NCBI GenBank assembly: GCA_002269645.1
Contig: NIVC01001278.1
Coordinates: 1-64,000 of the forward strand
Direction: 5' to 3'
Source: Macrostomum lignano
Taxonomy: Eukaryota
Length of the DNA stretch: 64,000 nt
Translations under genes and position numbers: made by a program
In this document: positions 56,830-64,000 of the stretch, piece by piece
Numbering within the stretch: the first letter of the stretch is position 1
Layout of the letters: every line of letters starts with the position of its first letter
The notes under the pieces: generated by a model
Told to the model about the DNA's origin: nothing
Databases searched by the model: none
Seen by the model: the letters and a program-made list of their open reading frames with translations, nothing else

Positions 56830-57603
56830 ATGAACATGTGGCTGCAGATGTTCGAGGACTTTGCAGCAGATTCTGAGTGGAACGAAACCAAGATGGCATC
56901 CAAGATCAAGCTGCTTCTATCAGGCGAAGCCCTCGTGTTCGTCTGGGACCTGCCAGCAGCCAAACAGAGCAGCTACAAGATCTTAAAGGACGAAATCGTC
57001 AAGTTCTACAGAGGCAAGGATAACACATTTCGCGCCATGTCTGAGTTCGAGAACCGGAAGCGACGCCAAGGAGAGTCGCTGAGGGAGCTGTGCTACGCAC
57101 TCAAGCTTCTGCATCGAAAGGCACGCCCGGAGCACGCTCAAACGGTGAGAGATTGCGAAGTGCGACACCGACTGATAGCTCTGCTGCCGACAGAGATTCG
57201 TCTGTTGAAAGCTTCAGATTATGACAGCAGCAGTCCTGAACAGCTGGCAGACCGCGCCACAGCACTGGAAAGCATCGGCAGCAAAGGAGGCCCGGCAAGC
57301 GTCGCAGTGACATCGGTGAGCAGCCAAGTGACAGACCGGCTGGAGAAAATGCAAGAGCAGTTGGCAGATCTGGCTGCGACAGTCGCCACCATTGGCAGCC
57401 GCGGAGGACAGCGCGGTGGGAGAAGGAATGCAGCTCGTAGAAGAGGCAGCACCCGTGGAAAATGCTTCAACTGCGCTCAGCCTGGTCATTTCGCTGCTCA
57501 GTGTCCAGGCAAGCAAGTCGCGCTGCCGTCTGTGTGCAGCCGCTGCTCAGGTAGAGGACACCGGGCCGAGGTCTGCCCGACCCCGGCTTCGGGAAACTTC
57601 TGA
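56830..57603 (+). CDS. gag: Gypsy Gag with two CCHC zinc knuckles (N-terminus probably truncated)
   Basis: WLQMFEDFA...W capsid-type motif; CFNCAQPGHFAAQC and CSRCSGRGHRAEVC. The frame is open back to 56779. Confidence 0.85.
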   Translation: MNMWLQMFEDFAADSEWNETKMASKIKLLLSGEALVFVWDLPAAKQSSYKILKDEIVKFYRGKDNTFRAMSEFENRKRRQGESLRELCYALKLLHRKARPEHAQTVRDCEVRHRLIALLPTEIRLLKASDYDSSSPEQLADRATALESIGSKGGPASVAVTSVSSQVTDRLEKMQEQLADLAATVATIGSRGGQRGGRRNAARRRGSTRGKCFNCAQPGHFAAQCPGKQVALPSVCSRCSGRGHRAEVCPTPASGNF

Positions 57604-57648
57604 GGACTGGTGAGCGCGGGCCATCACCAGCCCTGCCTAGCAAGGCCC
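57591..57648 (+). other. Candidate -1 programmed ribosomal frameshift signal (G GGA AAC plus pseudoknot)
   Basis: The heptamer 57591-57597 is in correct gag phase. The -1 frame is open into pol. Stems 57607-13/57624-30 and 57618-22/57644-48. Confidence 0.7.
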
Positions 57649-60600
57649 AAACTCCGGTCGGAATCGATGGTCCACGCTTGGAGTCTCCGGCGAGTGCAAC
57701 GCTAGCGATACAGCTAGAGGGACTGCCATCCGTGGAGCACCAGGTAATGGTGGTTGCCGGGATTCAGCTGGAATGCGTGCTCGGTATAGACGCCATCGGC
57801 AAAATGTGCTCAAGTTTTAGCGTCAATCTCCCGGCATCTTCTGTTCAGCTGAGGTCAACCAGGATCTCGATCCTGCCGGACAGGAGCTCCTCGCAGGCCT
57901 GCAGAGTGGTGCCCACCGCCGCGATAGCCAGAGTTGCCAGCACCGTGTCCATTCCAGCCCTCAGCCGCGTCATCATCCCAGTCAAAGCGCCATCGTCTGT
58001 CGAGCAGGGTCTATTCGAGCCCAGCTCAGATTTTATCGACAAGACTGGCCTGCTGTCAAACAGGGCTCTGGTGGTCTCCAGCGTAGACGGAAATCTCCCA
58101 GTGGGCGTCTGCAACGTGAGTGCCGACCCGGTGGTGCTCTACCAGAACCAGGCAATCGGCAACTTCGACGCTGCAGAAGTAAACGGAGAAGACGGTGAAC
58201 CTGCTGAAGAGGAAGCTGGCTTTAACATCAACTCGGAGCTGAGCGAGTCGCAGCGCGAGCGCATCGAAGCCTTGCTGTGCCAGGCAGAGCAGACATTCGC
58301 CAGGCACGAGTTTGACCTGGGAACAACACACCTGCTGCAACACGAGATTAATCTGGAACCCGGCAGTCGCCCCATCAAGCACAGGCAGCGGACCGTTCCC
58401 CTGAATTACCGGCAGCAAGTGGACGAAAAATTAGCAAGATGCGGCGTCACGGGATTATCGAGCCGTCCTGCAGTCCATGGGCGAGTAATCTGCTTGTAGT
58501 GCGAAAGAAAAACAACGAGATTCGAATCTGCACCGACTGGAGAGCCCTCAACTCGTGCACCGTGAAGGACGCCTACTCGCTGCCTCCGCTGTCTGCTGCG
58601 CTGGACGCGCTCACTGGAAGCAGTTGGTTCAGCACTCTTGACCTCCGCCAAGGGTTCCTGCAGGTTGAGCTGCGAGAGCAAGACCGGGAGAAGACCGCTT
58701 TCTACACCACGCAGGGCCTGATGCAGTACAGGAAACTCGGGTTCGGCCTCTGCAACGCCCCGGCAACCTTTCAGCGCCTGATGGACCTAACGATGGCCGG
58801 CCTGAACTGGACAGAGGTGCTCACGTACATGGACGATCTGATTCTGTTTAGTCAGACCTTCGAGAAGCACGCGGAAACATTGGAACAGGTCCTGGGAAGA
58901 CTGCAGTCTGCTGGCCTCAAATTGAACAAGCGCAAGAGCTGCTTCTGCTTCCAGGAGGTTGAGTACCTAGGACACAAAATCTCGGCAGAAGGTATTCGAC
59001 CAACTCAGGACAAGGTCAGCGCTATCCAGTCCATCCCGATACCCGAATGCGCTGAGGATGTTCGCCGGCTTGTCGGCATGCTGGGCTTCTACCGGAGTTT
59101 CGTTCCGCACTTCACCAGCATCGCTAATCCGCTTCATCAGGCGACTCAGAAGAGTCGATAGTTTCAATGGACAACTGAAGATGACGCTCTGCGGAAGCTG
59201 AAGTCAGCTCTGTCGGCACCACCCGTACTGAAGCTGCCTGACTCCTCCAAGGGATTCCGGTTGTGCTGTGACAGCAGCGGAGTGGCCGTCGCCGGTGTCC
59301 TGAGCCAGCTCCACGAAGGTGCCGAGTGTCCGGTAGCCTACGCGTCGAGAGTCCTGAACAAAGCAGAGCGCAATCGACTACCCACAGAGAGCTTCTTGTG
59401 GTGGTCTGGGCGATGAAGCATTTCCGGAACTACTTGGCGTCCGCTGGCGAAATTCTCGTCTTCACCGACCACAAGCCGTTGCAAGGGCTGCTCAACACCA
59501 AGGAGCCAGAAGGCCGGCTAGCCAGATAGATTACGTTTCTGCAGGAGATCAACTTCAAGCTGCTCTTCAGACCTGGTCGCGAAAACATGGTTGCGGACGC
59601 ACTAAGCCGAGCAGCGGCGACCCAGCTGCACCCTGCCTGGTCGGACAACGACATCCGTGTAGCGCAGGCTGACGACCCAGTGCTGGCGGCGGCTCGCCAA
59701 GTGCTCCTCGGACAAAGGCCAAGACGTGGCAAGGCTGCAGATGACGCAGAACACCTGGTGAGGACGGAGAAGCTGAGCCTGGGCGAAGATGGCGTCATCA
59801 AGAAGAGTGGCCAACCCGTCATCCCGCGGCAGCTTCGTCAGGACCTGCTGCAGCTGCTGCACGACGATCCTGCAAGCGGGCACCTCGGAACCGAAAGGAC
59901 GCTGGCCAGAGTCGTCAGCAGAGCTTGGTGGCCCGGCCTAACGGACGACGTCCAGCACTGGGTGAGAAGCTGCGAAGTGTGTCAGCGTCGCAAGGTACCG
60001 CGTCAGCACCAGGGGCACCGCTGCAGAACAACACCGAGCCATCAGCTCCTTGGGAGATGGTGCAGGTGGACATCAAAGGGCCCCTCCCAGAGACTGAAGC
60101 TGGTCTCAGGTACATCATCTGCTTCACGGACGTGTTCTCCAAGTGGGTTGAGGCGACCGCGGTGTCCAACATTTAGGCCCGGACGGTTGCGGATGCGCTG
60201 CTAAGGAGTGTCGTTCTTCGCCATGGAGCGCCCGAAGTCATCCACTCCGATCAGGGTCGTCAGTTTGAAAGTGACATCTTCCAAGAGCTGTGCCACCTGC
60301 TGGATATTCGCAAGACAAGAACGACGCCCTTCCATCCCAGCAACAACCCTGCAGTCGAGCGGTTCAACCGAACATTAGGCGAAATGCTGGCGGCGTACTG
60401 CATGGAGCAGCAGGACAAATGGGTGGACTTCCTGCCGTACGTCATCTGGGCGTACAACTCTTCAGCGCACTGCACCATCAAGAGGTCGCCCTACGCAGTG
60501 CTTCAGGGATGTGACCCCAGGATCCCGGCAGAGCTCAGTTTACCTGCAGGCGGCGAAAGGAGGCTCGTCACGGACACGCTGGCAGACGCTCGCACCGGCT

Positions 60601-60980
60601 TGCAGTTCGTGCGGCAGCGCCTGCAGTCGACACAGCGGTCACGGAATCAGCAGTACGACAAGCGCCAGCACTTCACGCTGATCCAAGTCGGGCAGCTGGT
60701 GATGCTCAGCAACCCGGCGGTGCTGAAGGGCCAGTCCAAGGCTCTCCGCCGGCGGTGGCTGGGACCGTACCGCGTGCTCGAGAGGCTGGGCCCCGTCACC
60801 TACCGGATCTCAAAACTCGCCGGCCGGAGACGAAGCACGGTGGTGCATCACGACCGGCTCAAGCTGTTCGTGCGCAGGCGGCCGCAGCCCGCTTCCTGGC
60901 AGTCCGCCCCAGCTCCGCCGGCAGAGGCCGGCCGACCGCCCAGCCCGGCTGTCGATCCGCGGCAGACCTTGACGGACTGA
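57591..60980 (+). pseudogene. pol: Gypsy pol (PR remnant, RT, RNase H, integrase), disrupted
   Basis: RT: PWASNLLVVRKK, LDLRQGF, FGLCNAPATFQ, YMDD. RNase H: CDSS, ELLVVVWA, TDHKPL. Integrase: HHCC, VDIKGP, SDQG, VERFNRTL, GPY. Stops at 59159, 59527 and 60174; frameshifts near 58436, 59373 and 60010. Confidence 0.92.
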
Positions 60981-61384
60981 TTTTTATGCTGCGCAAAACT
61001 AATTTACTGATTCATTTTTGTTATTCATGCGTTTTTAATTCTCGTGGTTTTACTGCCTCTTTTCATAGTTTTTTTTATGATACTCAATTTAGGGAAGGAA
61101 GTGATGTAAGAGACGTGAATGTTTTCGCTGTTGTGTGGTTGTTATAGGGGTGAAGGTATTCATCTGCAAATAATCGCGATGTACATAGACTGATGTACAT
61201 TGCAAACATATACGGCTCGTAGATTATTGATTTTGATTGTTCATGTAATTTTATTTTTGATTTTTTTCAATTATCCGAGAAAGTATTTAGGAATCTCACA
61301 TAGTGTACAAATTTATGCGTACGAATTTTGAGATACGTTTTTTGGCTTTATTGTAGATCAAAAACTGAATGACTAAATATCGAC

Positions 61385-63290
61385 AACAACAACGAAAAAC
61401 TACAGCAACCCTGGGTAAGCCAAGTTGGGTTGCTGTCAAAAGGCACGCGCAAGCGTAGATTTGCGCAGAACAGCGAGTCCGCGAGGGTCAGAGATTTCAG
61501 CGTCTCTTAGAAGCAGGTCGACGAAACGCAGATTTCTCGCCTGACCAAGCCGCCGCGGCCCTTGAAGGGATAGCAGCAGCACGTCTCGAAGCGGCTCAGG
61601 GCAGTACTGCTCTGCCCGGATGACGTGGCCAACCAGCTGTAGGCGCCGAATGTGCAGCAGCTGGCTGGGTCGGGAGAGCTGGGCCCGTCGGTATAGCTCG
61701 TCATTGCTGGTGTAGGTGTTAGTGGTGGCGATCGGCGAGTAAGTGGACACTCTCAGGAGGCGGCTATCAGGAGTCCAGTGTGAGCGGCGTCGAGTTGCCG
61801 CTTCTGCGGGCCGGTCAGTGTGTCCACGTTTCAGCATTTTAAAGGACGGACGAAAGGAGGAACAGCCACCTTCTCAGCCGATCCGGCAGCACGGGGCACT
61901 GCAGGACAGTCCACACAGTGCGAAATGCGCCTCAGGCAAGCGCCCATGCGCCGCGATGTTCTTCGATTTTGATGGATCGAAGCTGGTTTCTTTGGGATCC
62001 CGACGATATCCCGATGATCCGCCATTCAGCATGCAGGGGCGGGGCCCCCAGCTAGCACGTACTTCATCACTCGCGTGACTTCCAGCGCGACCTGCGGGAG
62101 GCGCAGCAGCTCCTCAGGCATGTCGTCGGGTCCAGTAGCCTTGTTGCCTGGCGTCTTCTTTGCAAGTTGGAGCACCTCGTCGATGGTGATGGGGCTGATG
62201 TTAAAGGAGCTCTCCCCTGGCAGCTCAACCTCCGTGGGCTATGACATATCGTCCCTTTGCGGCGGAGGGGGCGCGTTGACGATACCAGAGAAGGTCCGCA
62301 GCTCGTTTCGCCTCTCTTCGGGCGTGTCACCCGCCAGGTTCAGAGCGTTGCATCTCTTGCGGCCTGTCAGCTGATTGACGACCGACCAGACGGCATGCGG
62401 CTTCTTGGCGGGAACGACCTCTGTGATCTCCTAAATAGCGGTCTCCACAGCGGCGCGTTGCCCGGCTTTAAATGTCTCCGCTAGAGTCTCCTCTAGTCCT
62501 CTTCCTTCTCCGAGGGCTGTCCGCTCCTCCGCAGTCTCTCCACTGTCAGCCGGGCCTGCTGCAGCACTTCGTCGTTCTGCCACACTGGCCGACTCCTTTC
62601 TGCTGGCTTCACCAGCGGCAGAGTTTTGGTGGCGGCGGCTTGGATGGCGGCACTGATGTCCAGGTACTCGGCTGGGGTTGTTGTATCTGGCCGTTCTTCC
62701 AGCGCTTTGGCAAATGCCAGACAGAAGCGGCCACTTGTAACTGGGTCGTGTAGAGCTCGGAAGTAGCGCTTTGGCTGTTTTTTCGGTGGTCGATATAGTG
62801 GGTCCCTCAGGCGCAGGTCGCAGGTAGAGCAGCCTATGACCTGACCGCACTGCCAACGGGGCCACCGTATCGCAGTTAGTCACTCGTCATCGTTCTCGAT
62901 CGCTGGTGAAGCAGCATTGCGGTCGAGCTGTGCGAGTCTCTTCCTAGCAAATTTTCCGCACGCTTTCCGACGTGGCCGCTTACAGCCAGCAAATGTTGCC
63001 AATCTGTGAAGCGGCTTCCTGAACAGCGTGTTTGCTGAGACCAGGTCGTGGCGGTCCATGAAATCCACTAGGGAATTTTTAGTACTGTTGTTTTCGCGTG
63101 GCGTTACAAAGCGGGCGCGTTCGGACCTTCGCATGACGGCGTTGAGGTCTCCGAGTACCAGTACAGTGTCGACGTGTCGAGTTGAGCGATCTTCTCCAGC
63201 TGCGCTGACAGGAACTCCAGAAACTGCCAGTGCTCCTCTGGGCGCGCAGCCATGGGCGCATAGGCACAGAAGAGCGGCATGTTATTAACT
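61385..63290 (-). mobile_element. RTE-like non-LTR retrotransposon remnant with the RT core deleted
   Basis: Endonuclease motifs CAYAP, VLVLGDLNA, LVSANTLFRK; pre-RT motifs NKATGPDDMPEELL and IVGIPKK; C-terminal AETWT, SNDELY, LQLVGHVIR. 3' stem-loop (61402-61436) and (GTT)n tail. Several stops and frameshifts. Confidence 0.8.
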
Positions 63291-64000
63291 AACGAGAGTT
63301 AATTAATTAATTAATTAACGAGAATTAATAAGATAACATTTTCGCATGAAATCAATCATCTGCATGTGCCAGCAAGCTTTCCTAGAAACGAAATTTCTGC
63401 TGAAAAGCACGATACAGTTTCTATACAGCTATACAGGCACAGCACGAAACTTTCTATACATTGTAACTCTTTCGAGGAATCGAGTATAATTTTATTATTT
63501 TTCAGTTAGCTTATATAGGCTGTAGCTCAGCTGTTAATCTTGCGTAGTTTTTTGTTTGCCTTTGTGTTTTTGTGATTTTGTTTTTGTTTGCTTTTTGACT
63601 CAGTTCTACTAGGCCTAGCTAGTGTTAGTGCTCAGTCAGTCTTAACTTAACCAGCAGTCCAGCATATAGTCAATCATGGATGATGGACATCAGGATATGT
63701 CCATAGCTTTGGGCCATTATGATAATTCCATGAAAAATCTATGTGCTATGATTTATCATTTTTGACATGTCATGAGTCACAGTCGCAACACCCCCTGAGG
63801 CCCTGAGTGTCTCAGTGTCTGGAAAAAGTTTTCAAAGTTTAGAAAATTGGATGTACATATAGGCCTACTTTATAAAGTTTATGCACCTATCTGGCTATCT
63901 AAAGACAAAGTTCAAGAAAGCCTAATATGAGGATATTTTCTTGCTTAGATAAATAATTTCAATATATTTAGGGTAGCATTAAAATTAAAAAGCATAATGC

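Larger units (their letters stand above)
56779..61380 (+). mobile_element. Degenerate Ty3/Gypsy LTR retrotransposon (5'-truncated)
   Basis: Domain order gag, PR remnant, RT, RNase H, integrase. Polypurine tract agggaaggaag (61091-61101) followed by TG suggests the 3' LTR start. No matching 5' LTR seen. Confidence 0.9.

Noticed and set aside
63670-63770. Short ATG-initiated frame MDDGHQDMSIALG near the window end
   Set aside because: Closed after about 30 codons, with no splice or homology support; cannot be assigned.

Overview
Animal genomic DNA; the repeat landscape resembles the flatworm Macrostomum (inference only). Three intact spliced genes can be rebuilt by hand with GT-AG junctions and continuous frames: tektin-2 (minus, 4 exons, 422 aa), transportin/importin-beta-2 (plus, 10 coding exons, 919 aa, head-to-head with tektin) and FoxC (plus, 3 coding exons, 647 aa). 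About 30 tandem arrays (4-54 bp units) fill much of the rest. Nearly every intron holds its own array, and one 42-bp family recurs at three distant loci. Transportin intron 1 instead holds four DNA transposons nested inside one another, with identifiable TIRs and target-site duplications (TSDs). Intron 2 holds a palindromic MITE. The right end is a decayed transposon cluster: a DIRS/Ngaro-like remnant, a Ty3/Gypsy copy with a -1 frameshift signal, and an RTE-like LINE lacking its RT core. All analysis was by eye; array boundaries are approximate (about +/-20 bp).
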